Source of the DNA: Bdellovibrionales bacterium
GTDB taxonomy: Bacteria; Pseudomonadota; Alphaproteobacteria; Micavibrionales; UBA2020
Reading direction: 5' to 3'
DNA: 64,000 nt
Assembly: GCA_038247245.1 (NCBI GenBank)
Contig: JBBRVE010000003.1
Location: 20,276-84,275 of the forward strand
Made by a program: the position numbers and the translations under genes
Part shown: positions 8,774 through 18,144 of the stretch, one piece after another
Position numbering within the stretch: the first letter of the stretch is position 1
Layout: every line of letters starts with the position of its first letter
Notes under the pieces: generated by a model
The model's input: only the letters and a program-made list of their open reading frames with translations
What the model was told of the DNA's origin: nothing
Database searches by the model: none

Positions 8774-10288
8774 ATGCAGACGCTGCTGCTGATATCGGTG
8801 ATCGTGATTGCGACCTGCGGGCTTGTGTACGAGCTGATCGCGGGCACGGCCGCCAGTTATTTGCTGGGCGACAGCGTCACGCAATTTTCTACCGTTATCG
8901 GCTGCTACCTGTTCGCGATGGGCGCGGGGTCGTGGCTCACCAAATATGTGGAACGCAACCTGATCGGCGTTTTCATCAAGGTGGAAATTTTAGTGGGTGC
9001 CATCGGCGGCGCTTCGGCCATGCTGCTGTTCCTGCTGTTCGACCATGTGGCGTCGTTCCGCGTTCTGCTGTACTTCCTCGTGTTTATCATCGGCATGCTG
9101 GTGGGCGTTGAAATCCCTTTGCTGCTGCGTATCCTGAAGGACCGCCTGGAATTCCGCGAGCTGGTCAGCCGCGTGCTGGCGCTCGATTATCTCGGCGCGC
9201 TGTTTGCCTCCATCCTGTTTCCGCTGGTATTGGTGCCGTATCTGGGGCTGGTGAAATCCAGCTTCCTGTTCGGCATGATGAATGTGGGTGTCGCGGTCTG
9301 GGTGATTTACGCGCTGAAGGACGAAGTGCCGTCGCTGGCTGCATCGCGCGCCTCCGCGATCATCGTGCTGGTGCTGCTGACTTTCGGCTTTGTGTATTCC
9401 GAACGTATCATGACGATTGCCGAAAGCGGCGCGTATCCGGGTTCGGTCATTTTCTCCCAATCCACGCCGTATCAACGCATCGTCATCACCAAGACGCGGC
9501 ATGATCTGCGCCTGTTCCTGAATTCCAACCTGCAATTCAGTTCGGTCGATGAGTACCGGTATCACGAGGCGTTGGTGCATCCGGCCCTATCGGCACTGGA
9601 TAACCCGAAATCGGTTTTGATCTTCGGTGGCGGCGACGGGCTGGCGCTGCGTGAAGTCTTGAAATACCCCTCCGTCGAAAAAGTCGTGATGATCGACCTC
9701 GACCCCGCGATGACCGAGCTGTTTTCGCAAAGCGATATCCTGACGCAGCTCAACAACGGCTCGCTGCTGTCCAAAAAACTGGAAATCGTGCACAAGGACG
9801 CCTTTATCTGGGTGCGCGAAATGCAGCAGAGCGCGAACCCGCCGCAATTCGATGCCGTCATCAGCGACGTGCCCGACCCGTCCAATTTTTCCATCGGCAA
9901 GCTGTATTCCCGCACCTTCTTTTCCGCCCTGAAATCACTCGTGCATGACAAAAGCGTGATCGTGGTGCAAAGCACCTCGCCGCTGGTTGCGCGCAAGGCG
10001 TTCTGGTGCGTGAACAACACGTTGCAGGATGCCGGTTTCAAGACCGCGCCGTACCATTTGAATGTCCCGGCCTTCGGCGAATGGGGTTATGTGATCGCCA
10101 GCCTGTCGGATTTCACGGTGCCTGAAAAATACCCCGCCGGTTTGAAATACATCACCGCGCGTTCCGCCGCCGATATGTTTTACTTCCCGCCCGATATGGC
10201 GCATCTGGACACCAAAATCCAGCGGCTCGACGATCAGGCGCTGGTGCGTTATTTCGACCAGGAATGGTCGGAATACCAGATTTACTAA
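8774..10288 (+). CDS. Membrane-fused spermidine-synthase-like aminopropyltransferase
   Basis: About 200 N-terminal residues consist of successive hydrophobic helices. The C-terminal domain carries GGGDGLALREVLKYPSVEKVVMIDLDP and FDAVISDVPDPS, which are spermidine synthase fold motifs. Confidence 0.85.
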   Translation: MQTLLLISVIVIATCGLVYELIAGTAASYLLGDSVTQFSTVIGCYLFAMGAGSWLTKYVERNLIGVFIKVEILVGAIGGASAMLLFLLFDHVASFRVLLYFLVFIIGMLVGVEIPLLLRILKDRLEFRELVSRVLALDYLGALFASILFPLVLVPYLGLVKSSFLFGMMNVGVAVWVIYALKDEVPSLAASRASAIIVLVLLTFGFVYSERIMTIAESGAYPGSVIFSQSTPYQRIVITKTRHDLRLFLNSNLQFSSVDEYRYHEALVHPALSALDNPKSVLIFGGGDGLALREVLKYPSVEKVVMIDLDPAMTELFSQSDILTQLNNGSLLSKKLEIVHKDAFIWVREMQQSANPPQFDAVISDVPDPSNFSIGKLYSRTFFSALKSLVHDKSVIVVQSTSPLVARKAFWCVNNTLQDAGFKTAPYHLNVPAFGEWGYVIASLSDFTVPEKYPAGLKYITARSAADMFYFPPDMAHLDTKIQRLDDQALVRYFDQEWSEYQIY

Positions 10289-10289
10289 C

Positions 10290-11906
10290 ATGATATTCAC
10301 GCGCAGGCAGTTGCTGAAATCCGGCGCGGCATTTGCGGCGGCGCTTGGCTTCGGGCGCGTCCGCCACGCGGAGGCGGACGCGCCCGTCACCGGCCAAATC
10401 CTTGGCGCATCAGCCAAGATCGGGCACCAGTTGCGCGGCGGTACATTCCCTGCACCCATAACGACGACTGAAAAAGACACCGTCATCATCGGCGGTGGCA
10501 TTGCGGGGCTTGGGGCCGGATACCGTTTGCTGAATGCGGGCGTCACCGATTTCACCATCCTTGAACTTGAACAAGATACCGGCGGCAACGCCCAGAGCGG
10601 CAAAAACAATGTTTCCGCCTATCCTTGGGGCGCGCATTATGTGCCGCTGTTGACCGATGAATGCAGGGCGGTAAAAAAACTGTTCCGCGACTTCGGCATC
10701 ATCACGGGCGAAGATGACAAAGGGCGTGCGATTTATAACGAATACTACCTCTGCTCCGATCCGCATGAACGGCTCTATATGTTTGGCCGCTGGCAGGAAG
10801 GCCTTGTACCGCAAGCGGGCGCAACCGATGAAGACCGCCGCCAGTATGATGCGTTCTTTAAACAGGTCGAAGGATTGCGCAATGTGCGGGGCAAGGATGG
10901 CAGGAAACTGTTCGCCATCCCCGTCGATGACAGTTCGCAGGATGCCGATTGGCTCGCGCTCGATGCCCTCACGATGCGCGAATGGATGCTGCGCGAAGGC
11001 TACACCTCGAAATACCTGCAATGGCATGTCGATTACGGCTGCCGCGACGATTATGGCGTGACGCTGGATGATACATCCGCATGGGCGGGCATCCATTATT
11101 TTGCGGGACGGTCGGGCGTGGCCGCCAATACCGACGACAGCAATTTCGTTACATGGCCCGACGGTAACGGCTTTATCGCCAAAAAACTCGCCGCACCGCT
11201 TGCCGGGAACATCACGACACAGGCTTTGGTGTTCGCGGTGAAGCGCGAGGGCGAGCATGTGGCCGTCGATTACCTCGACCAGAAAACCGGCACCGCGCAC
11301 CGCATTTCCGCCCGCACGGTCATCATGGCAACGCCGCAATTCGTGTCGGCGCGGTTGCTGCCCGAAATCGCATCGGATAATTTCAGCTATGCGCCTTGGG
11401 CGGTTGCCAATATCACCGTCACCCGCATGCCCGAAGGCACAGGGGCGGAGCTGGCATGGGATAACATGGTTTTCGACAGCAAATTGCTGGGCTACGTCGT
11501 GGCGACGCATCAGGGGCTGGAAACCAATCCCCGCAAAACCGTGCTCACTTATTACTGGCCGCTCAGCCACCTGCCGCCGAAACAGGCGCGGGAGGAAGCG
11601 CTGGCGCGTTCATACGAGCAATGGCGCGATATTTTCCTCGGCGAATTGCTGGCGGTGCATCCGGAATTGAAGGGCTTCGTCAAATCGCTGGATGTCTGGA
11701 TCTGGGGGCATGCCATGGTGCGCCCCTTGAAGGGATTTATGTGGGGCGATGCGCGCCGCAATATGCTGAAGCAAACGCCACCCGTTTTCTACGCCCATTC
11801 CGATATGAGCGGCATCTCGATTTTCGAGGAAGCCTATACCCATGGTGTCCGCGCCGCCGAAAATACGCTGGTGCATCTGGGCCGCGCGTTCGCAACGGAG
11901 CTGTAA
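10290..11906 (+). CDS. Tat-exported FAD-dependent oxidoreductase, flavin amine-oxidase-like
   Basis: It has a twin-arginine leader (MIFTRRQLLKSGAAFAAALGFG) and a dinucleotide-binding motif (VIIGGGIAGLGAGYRL). It starts 1 nt after the upstream stop. Confidence 0.8.
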   Translation: MIFTRRQLLKSGAAFAAALGFGRVRHAEADAPVTGQILGASAKIGHQLRGGTFPAPITTTEKDTVIIGGGIAGLGAGYRLLNAGVTDFTILELEQDTGGNAQSGKNNVSAYPWGAHYVPLLTDECRAVKKLFRDFGIITGEDDKGRAIYNEYYLCSDPHERLYMFGRWQEGLVPQAGATDEDRRQYDAFFKQVEGLRNVRGKDGRKLFAIPVDDSSQDADWLALDALTMREWMLREGYTSKYLQWHVDYGCRDDYGVTLDDTSAWAGIHYFAGRSGVAANTDDSNFVTWPDGNGFIAKKLAAPLAGNITTQALVFAVKREGEHVAVDYLDQKTGTAHRISARTVIMATPQFVSARLLPEIASDNFSYAPWAVANITVTRMPEGTGAELAWDNMVFDSKLLGYVVATHQGLETNPRKTVLTYYWPLSHLPPKQAREEALARSYEQWRDIFLGELLAVHPELKGFVKSLDVWIWGHAMVRPLKGFMWGDARRNMLKQTPPVFYAHSDMSGISIFEEAYTHGVRAAENTLVHLGRAFATEL

Positions 11907-11909
11907 GTC

Positions 11910-13013
11910 ATGAAAAAACAGCCCTGGATCGCCTCCGCGCCGCTCGACCTCGGCTTTATCATCGGCCCTGCCTTTGCCGTGACGGCGGTAGTCGTGCTGT
12001 TCCGCGACAAGCTGGCGATGGTCGAGGGCACGCCGCCATGGTTGTGGCTGCTGTTGGTGGTAGGCGTGGATGTCAGCCATGTTTACAGCACGCTGTTCCG
12101 CACGTATCTGGACCGCGAGGAATTGAAAAAGCGTCTGGCGCTGTACACCCTCGCGCCGCTGCTGGCCTGGGTGGGCGGAGCGATGCTGTACAGCATCGAT
12201 GCCATCGTATTCTGGCGCGTGCTGGCTTATCTGGCGGTATTCCATTTCATGCGCCAGCAATACGGCTTCATGATGATCTATTCCCGCGCCGAACGCGACC
12301 GCCCGGAATGGACGCGCAAAATGGATCAAGCCGTCATTTACCTCGCAACGCTGTTCCCGCTTGTCTACTGGCATGTACATCACCGCGCCTTCAACTGGTT
12401 CGTGGCGGGTGATTTTTTCAAGCTGGACATGCCGGAACTGGGAAATGTCGCGGGCGGCATTTTTTGCATTGTATTACTCGCCTATATTGCCAAGGAAATA
12501 CGTTTTTCCGTCGCCGAAAAAAATGTGAACCTGCCGAAACACCTGCTGTTGCTGGGTACCGCCCTTTCATGGAGTGTGGGGATTGTGGTGTTTAACAGCG
12601 ATCTGGCCTTTACAGCGACCAATGTGATTGCGCATGGCATCCCCTATATCGCGCTGATCTGGATTTTCGGGCGCAACCAGCGTGATTTGGAAAAAAACCC
12701 TTATGTGCAGCCGCGTATCGCAGGCCTGTTCCGGTGGAAATTTGCGCCTATATTTATCCTCGTGCTGTTCATGCTCGCTTTCGTCGAGGAAGGGCTGTGG
12801 GATGGCCTTGTGTGGCGCGAGCACGGCAGCATTTTCGCGGCGTTTCGCATGTTGCCGCAGGCGGTTTCGGAGGATATTATGGTCTGGCTGATTCCCCTGC
12901 TGGCCCTGCCGCAGGCGGTGCATTACATCCTCGACGCGTTTATCTGGAAGCATGACCTGAAGGATTCGGAATGGAAAAAGATATTGTTCTTTCAAAAATC
13001 AAAGGCGGGCTGA
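11910..13013 (+). CDS. Polytopic His-rich membrane protein of unknown function
   Basis: 367 aa with about 8 hydrophobic segments. Recurrent His motifs are VDVSHVYSTLFRTY, AVFHFMRQQYG, YWHVHHRAF, NVIAHGIPYIALIW and AVHYILDAFIWKH. I did not recognise a family. Confidence 0.7.
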   Translation: MKKQPWIASAPLDLGFIIGPAFAVTAVVVLFRDKLAMVEGTPPWLWLLLVVGVDVSHVYSTLFRTYLDREELKKRLALYTLAPLLAWVGGAMLYSIDAIVFWRVLAYLAVFHFMRQQYGFMMIYSRAERDRPEWTRKMDQAVIYLATLFPLVYWHVHHRAFNWFVAGDFFKLDMPELGNVAGGIFCIVLLAYIAKEIRFSVAEKNVNLPKHLLLLGTALSWSVGIVVFNSDLAFTATNVIAHGIPYIALIWIFGRNQRDLEKNPYVQPRIAGLFRWKFAPIFILVLFMLAFVEEGLWDGLVWREHGSIFAAFRMLPQAVSEDIMVWLIPLLALPQAVHYILDAFIWKHDLKDSEWKKILFFQKSKAG

Positions 13014-13405
13014 AAAAAGACGGGCTTGCCGGTGATTTCGTGGCGCCCGGCATGCACCTGCTGATCGATTTCTGGGGCTGTGCCAATATGCAGGATGAAC
13101 ACGGTATCGGACAGGCATTGCGCCGCGCGGCGGCCGATGCTGGCGCGACCGTGCTGGATGTGCACCTGCACAGCTTTGGCGAACAATCGGGCATCACCGG
13201 CGTTGCGACGCTGGCGGAATCGCATATCAGTATCCATACCTGGCCGGAAATCGATTATGTCGCGCTCGACGTTTTTGTGTGCGGCAGCTGCAATGCGTAC
13301 AAGGCGCTCGATGCACTGGTCGATTATTTCCAGCCCGCGCGCCAGCAACTGACCGCGCATGAACGCGGCGTGCCGAACGCAGCGGAAGCGCGGGCGATCG
13401 CATGA
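12971..13405 (+). CDS. speH: S-adenosylmethionine decarboxylase proenzyme, small pyruvoyl (SpeH) type
   Basis: GMHLLIDFWGC and the self-cleavage motif AESHISIHTWPE, followed by DVFVCG. The true start is uncertain: 12971 overlaps the upstream gene by 43 nt, and in-frame GTG/ATG codons near 13038-13052 are alternatives. Confidence 0.85.
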   Translation: MEKDIVLSKIKGGLKKDGLAGDFVAPGMHLLIDFWGCANMQDEHGIGQALRRAAADAGATVLDVHLHSFGEQSGITGVATLAESHISIHTWPEIDYVALDVFVCGSCNAYKALDALVDYFQPARQQLTAHERGVPNAAEARAIA

Positions 13406-15609
13406 CCGGGGAAACGCAGAAGGAGGCGCCGCATGCCTGCTGCGGCGGACATAGCCATTCAAAACCCAAACCCCATGCGCCAATGATGGTGCCGGTGGGC
13501 GTCGACGTCAAAACGTCCTATATCTGTCCCATGTGCCCGGGTGTGCGCAGCGCCGTGCCCGCATCATGCCCTATTTGTGGCATGGCTCTGGAACCCGAAT
13601 TTGTCACGGCGGATACGGGGCCGAACCAAGAACAGGAATATATGCGACGCCGTTTCTGGGGCGCAGCCGTTTTAACCGCCCCCGTTTTCGCCATCGAAAT
13701 GTCGCGCCATTTCGGCCATAACGCCGATTTTATGTCGGACGTATTCGTGATGCGGCTGCAAATGGCCTTTGCGACTCCCGTCGTGCTTTGGGCGGGCTGG
13801 CCGTTTTTCCAGCGTGGCTGGCAATCCATCCGCACCGGCAACCTGAACATGTTCACGTTGATCGCTATCGGTACGGGCGTTGCATGGCTTTACAGCATGG
13901 TCGCCACCCTGCTTCCGTCTGTTTTCCCCGAAGGCTTTAAAGGTGAACATGGCCTGGCGGTTTATTTTGAATCCGCCGCCGTCATCACCACGCTGGCATT
14001 GCTGGGGCAGGTGCTGGAATTGCGCGCGCGCGACAAGACGGGCAGCGCTATCCGGGAATTGCTCAAGCTTGCACCGAAAACCGCCCGCGTGGTGCGCGAC
14101 GGTGCGGAAACCGAAATCAGGCTGGAGGATATCGCTGTCGGCGATCACCTGCGTGTGCGTCCCGGCGAACGCGTACCGGTCGATGGCGTGATTGTGGATG
14201 GCGCAAGCCATCTGGACGAATCCATGCTGACCGGTGAGGCGATGCCGGTTGCAAAATCCTCCGGGGATAGCGTCACAGGCGGCACGTACAACCGCGAAGG
14301 CAGCTTTATTTTCCACGCTGAAAAAGTCGGCCGCGATACCATGTTGTCGCGGATTGTGCAGATGGTCTCCGAAGCGCAGCGCAGCCGCGCGCCGATCCAG
14401 CGTCTGGCCGATAAATTCGCCGGATGGTTCGTGCCTGCGGTCGTGACTGTCGCTATCATCAGCTTTACTTACTGGTCGCTGTTCGGCCCCGCGCCGGCGA
14501 TGGCTTACGGGCTCCTCTGTGCTGTTTCCGTGCTCATCATCGCCTGTCCCTGCGCGCTCGGCCTCGCAACGCCGATGTCGGTCATGACGGGCATCGGGCG
14601 TGGCGCGGCGGCGGGTGTGCTGGTGCGCAACGCCGAGGCGCTCGAGATGCTCGAAAAGGCGGATGTGCTGGTGATTGATAAAACCGGTACGCTGACGACG
14701 GGCAAACCCGTCGTCACGGCGCTGGTGGCGGCGCCCGGCTATAACGAAACAATCCTGCTGTCCCTCGCGGCATCGCTGGAACAGGGGAGCGAACACCCGA
14801 TCGCGCAGGCGATTGTGGCGGCGGCTGCCGAAAAAAATCTGGCGCAGCCCACGGTCACCTCATTCACCGCCATCCCCGGCCGCGGCGTCTGCGGCGATTG
14901 GGATGACGAAGAAGTAATGCTGGGAAATGCGGGACTGGTCGATGGCATCGATTTCTCCGCGCTTGCACCGCAGGCGGACGCGTTGCAGGCAGACGGCGCG
15001 ACCGTCGTCTATCTGGCGGCGCATGGCAAAGCCGTTGGCATCATCGCGGTCAGCGACACAATCAAGCCCAATGCCGCCGATACCATCCGTCAGCTGAAAA
15101 TGCAGAATTTGCGTATCGTCATGATGACCGGCGATGCGCAGGGTTCCGCCGACGCGGTGGCGAAGCAAGCTGGTATCTCGGAAGTTTTCGCAGGCGTGCT
15201 GCCGCACGACAAGGCGCGCGTGGTGAAGGATTTGCAAAAACAGGGACGCATTGTGGCCATGGCGGGCGACGGCATCAACGATGCGCCCGCGCTGGCGCAG
15301 GCCGATATCGGCATCGCGATGGGCACGGGCGCGGATATCGCGCTGCAGAGCGCGGGCATCACGCTGCTGCATGGCGACCTGTCGGGCATTTTGCGTGCGC
15401 GCAACCTGTCAAAGGCGACCTTGCGCAATATCCGCCAGAACCTGTTTTTCGCCTTCGTCTATAACGCGGCGGGCGTGCCGATTGCGGCGGGCATCCTGTA
15501 CCCGTTCTTCCACATCCTTCTCACCCCCATCCATGCGGCGGCGGCGATGAGCCTGAGTTCGTTGTCGGTGATTCTCAACGCTTTACGGCTGCGGCGCGCG
15601 AAAATCTGA
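13402..15609 (+). CDS. copA: Copper-type P1B heavy-metal translocating ATPase
   Basis: Motifs are CPC (IIACPCALGLATP), DKTGTLT, SEHPIA and GDGINDAP. The N-terminus is His/Cys-rich (HACCGGHSHSKPKPH) and followed by CPMCPG...CPICGMALEP instead of a GMTCxxC HMA domain. The ATG overlaps the speH stop (ATGA). Confidence 0.93.
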   Translation: MTGETQKEAPHACCGGHSHSKPKPHAPMMVPVGVDVKTSYICPMCPGVRSAVPASCPICGMALEPEFVTADTGPNQEQEYMRRRFWGAAVLTAPVFAIEMSRHFGHNADFMSDVFVMRLQMAFATPVVLWAGWPFFQRGWQSIRTGNLNMFTLIAIGTGVAWLYSMVATLLPSVFPEGFKGEHGLAVYFESAAVITTLALLGQVLELRARDKTGSAIRELLKLAPKTARVVRDGAETEIRLEDIAVGDHLRVRPGERVPVDGVIVDGASHLDESMLTGEAMPVAKSSGDSVTGGTYNREGSFIFHAEKVGRDTMLSRIVQMVSEAQRSRAPIQRLADKFAGWFVPAVVTVAIISFTYWSLFGPAPAMAYGLLCAVSVLIIACPCALGLATPMSVMTGIGRGAAAGVLVRNAEALEMLEKADVLVIDKTGTLTTGKPVVTALVAAPGYNETILLSLAASLEQGSEHPIAQAIVAAAAEKNLAQPTVTSFTAIPGRGVCGDWDDEEVMLGNAGLVDGIDFSALAPQADALQADGATVVYLAAHGKAVGIIAVSDTIKPNAADTIRQLKMQNLRIVMMTGDAQGSADAVAKQAGISEVFAGVLPHDKARVVKDLQKQGRIVAMAGDGINDAPALAQADIGIAMGTGADIALQSAGITLLHGDLSGILRARNLSKATLRNIRQNLFFAFVYNAAGVPIAAGILYPFFHILLTPIHAAAAMSLSSLSVILNALRLRRAKI

Positions 15610-15957
15610 AAATTTGCCTGTCACAAGCGTCACATTCGCGTTATGGCACCCGCGATTTTGAAAAAAGTTTTTTTCGCGCAAACCTTTCGCGGGATTCAGG
15701 AAACACCTGTCGCAAACGCGTTGTCACAATAAATTACCTTGAATCCTGAGGTCAAAGTTGAGACAATTTCCATAGGCTCAAGAAGTGTGCACGATCCCGG
15801 CCCTCACGAAAAAAGCACAGCAAATCCGGCACCGGATTCGTTTTTCGTAAATTTGAAATTTAATAAACCACCCGCTTAGTCTTGCCTTTTCCATGCCGCA
15901 GGCTAGGATTCATTATACAAGAAAAGTAAACATAACAATCCAACGTGAGGCACAAGA

Positions 15958-18126
15958 ATGTCTGCAACGCCCCCCGACCTGTCGGCTAACCCCCTCGTCA
16001 ACGCGCCGTCCTATCCCTATGGCGCGCCACCGCTCGATATCATCAAGACCGAGCATTTCCTGCCCGCGCTCACCCATTACATGGAAGAGGCAAAACAGCA
16101 GGTTGCGGACATCAAGAACAACCGCGCCCCCGCCACCTTCAAGAACACGATCGAGGCGCTTGAATTCGCGGGCCGCAACCTTGGCCGCGTATCGACCATT
16201 TTCGGCAACCTTGCCGGCGCGAATGCCGACGACACGCTGCGCGCCATCGAAACGCAAGTATCCGTCATGAGCGTGCAGCACGCGAACGACATCATGCTGG
16301 ATGCCGATTTGTTCAAGCGCGTGAAGGCCGTGTACGATGACCGCGCGAACCTGAAACTGACCCCCGAACAATCGATGCTGTTGAGCGAAACCTACAAGGG
16401 TTTCGTGCGCAGCGGCGCGAACCTTGACGAAGCAAAGAAAACCGAATTGCGCGCGGTCGAGGAAAAGCTGGCGGAGCTGTCGACCACGTTCAAGAACAAC
16501 ACGGTCAAGGGCACGGACGCCTGGGAAAAAGTGATCGACGACGAAAAAGACCTGATCGGCCTGCCCGACCGCGTGAAGGCGATGTACAAGGATTACGCGG
16601 ATGAAAAGGGCCTGACCGGCAAATGGCTGATCAAGCTGTCGCCGCCGCCCATCGACATCGCGGAATACAGCGAAAACCGCGCACTTCGCGAAGAAGTGCA
16701 CAAGGCGCGCACGAATGTCGCTTTCGGCGGCCCGTTCGACAACCGCCAGGTCGTGCTGGATATGGTGGCGGCACGCCAGAAAAAGGCGGAGCTGCTGGGT
16801 TTCAACAGCTATGCCGCTTTCGTGCTCGACGACCGCATGGCGAAGAACCCGAAAACGGTCATGGATTTCCTCGACCGCAACGCGGCTGTTTACAAACCCG
16901 CCGCCGAAGATTTCGTGAAAAAAGTCACCGATTACGCGCAGAAAACAGACGGCATCACCGACCTGAAGCCGTGGGACATGGGCTTTTACAGCCGCAAGCT
17001 GAAGGAAGAAACCTTCCAGCTGAACATGGAAGAGCTGCGCCCCTATTTCGACCTTGAACAGGTGCTGGAAGGCCTGCGCAAGCACGCCGAAAATTTGTTC
17101 AACATCAACATGACGATCACGACGGGCAAATACCCTGTCTATCATCCCGATGTGAAGGTGTATGAAGTCACCGACAAATCGACCGGCGAAATGATCGGGT
17201 TGTTTTATGGCGACTTCTATGCGCGTCCGGGGCTCAAGAGCAACGGCGCATGGATGAGCACATTCCGCAACCGCGGGCTGAACGAGGAAGGCGAGAACGA
17301 ATTCTCCATCGTCACCAACACCTGCAACTTCGCAAAACCGACGCCGGAACATGCGACGCTGCTGTCGATTGACGAAGTGCGCACCGTATTCCACGAATTC
17401 GGCCACGGCCTGCACGCGCTGCTGGCGAAGGGCGATTACCAGTCGCTGACCGGCACGAACGTGAAATGGGATTTCGTGGAGCTGCCGTCGCAGCTGCAGG
17501 AAAACTGGGCGAAGAAAAAAGAAACGCTGGATACGTTTGCGAAACATCCCGAAACGCAATTGCTGCTGCCCGCGGATGTCATCCAGAAAATCAACGACAT
17601 GGAAAATTTCGACGCGGGTTACATGGGCCTGCGCCAGACATTCTTCGGCAAGCTGGACATGAAATGGCATACGACCGACGCCAAGACGATCAAGGATGTC
17701 GAGGCGTTCGAGGATTCCGTGATCGGCGAATCCTGGGTGTTCCCGCGCGAATACGGCGTCGGCACCCAATCGACCAGCTTCGGCCACCTGTTCGGCGGCG
17801 GTTATGCGGCCGGTTACTACAGCTATAAATGGGCGGAGGCGCTGGAGGCGGATGTCTTCTCGGAATTCGAGAAGAAGGGCCTGTACCACCGCGAAAGCGC
17901 CGACAAGCTGAAGGAACACATTTACGGCCGCGGCGGTACCGCCGATCCGGCCGAGCTGTTCCATGCGATGATGGGCCGCGAACTGGATCCGGATGCGCTG
18001 TTCCGCAGGGAGGGGCTACTGCCAGAAAACGGCCTAAAAAAGCCGGCTAACGGCAACGAGCCCAAAAAGGCCGTGCCGCCCGCCGCCAGCCGCAACAACA
18101 AGATCGGCCCGAAATTCGGCACCTGA
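15958..18126 (+). CDS. dcp: Peptidyl-dipeptidase Dcp / oligopeptidase (M3 family)
   Basis: 722 aa with the zinc motif HEFGHGLH and M3-type flanking sequence. Confidence 0.9.
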   Translation: MSATPPDLSANPLVNAPSYPYGAPPLDIIKTEHFLPALTHYMEEAKQQVADIKNNRAPATFKNTIEALEFAGRNLGRVSTIFGNLAGANADDTLRAIETQVSVMSVQHANDIMLDADLFKRVKAVYDDRANLKLTPEQSMLLSETYKGFVRSGANLDEAKKTELRAVEEKLAELSTTFKNNTVKGTDAWEKVIDDEKDLIGLPDRVKAMYKDYADEKGLTGKWLIKLSPPPIDIAEYSENRALREEVHKARTNVAFGGPFDNRQVVLDMVAARQKKAELLGFNSYAAFVLDDRMAKNPKTVMDFLDRNAAVYKPAAEDFVKKVTDYAQKTDGITDLKPWDMGFYSRKLKEETFQLNMEELRPYFDLEQVLEGLRKHAENLFNINMTITTGKYPVYHPDVKVYEVTDKSTGEMIGLFYGDFYARPGLKSNGAWMSTFRNRGLNEEGENEFSIVTNTCNFAKPTPEHATLLSIDEVRTVFHEFGHGLHALLAKGDYQSLTGTNVKWDFVELPSQLQENWAKKKETLDTFAKHPETQLLLPADVIQKINDMENFDAGYMGLRQTFFGKLDMKWHTTDAKTIKDVEAFEDSVIGESWVFPREYGVGTQSTSFGHLFGGGYAAGYYSYKWAEALEADVFSEFEKKGLYHRESADKLKEHIYGRGGTADPAELFHAMMGRELDPDALFRREGLLPENGLKKPANGNEPKKAVPPAASRNNKIGPKFGT

Positions 18127-18144
18127 TCTGTTAAGCTTCAAACA

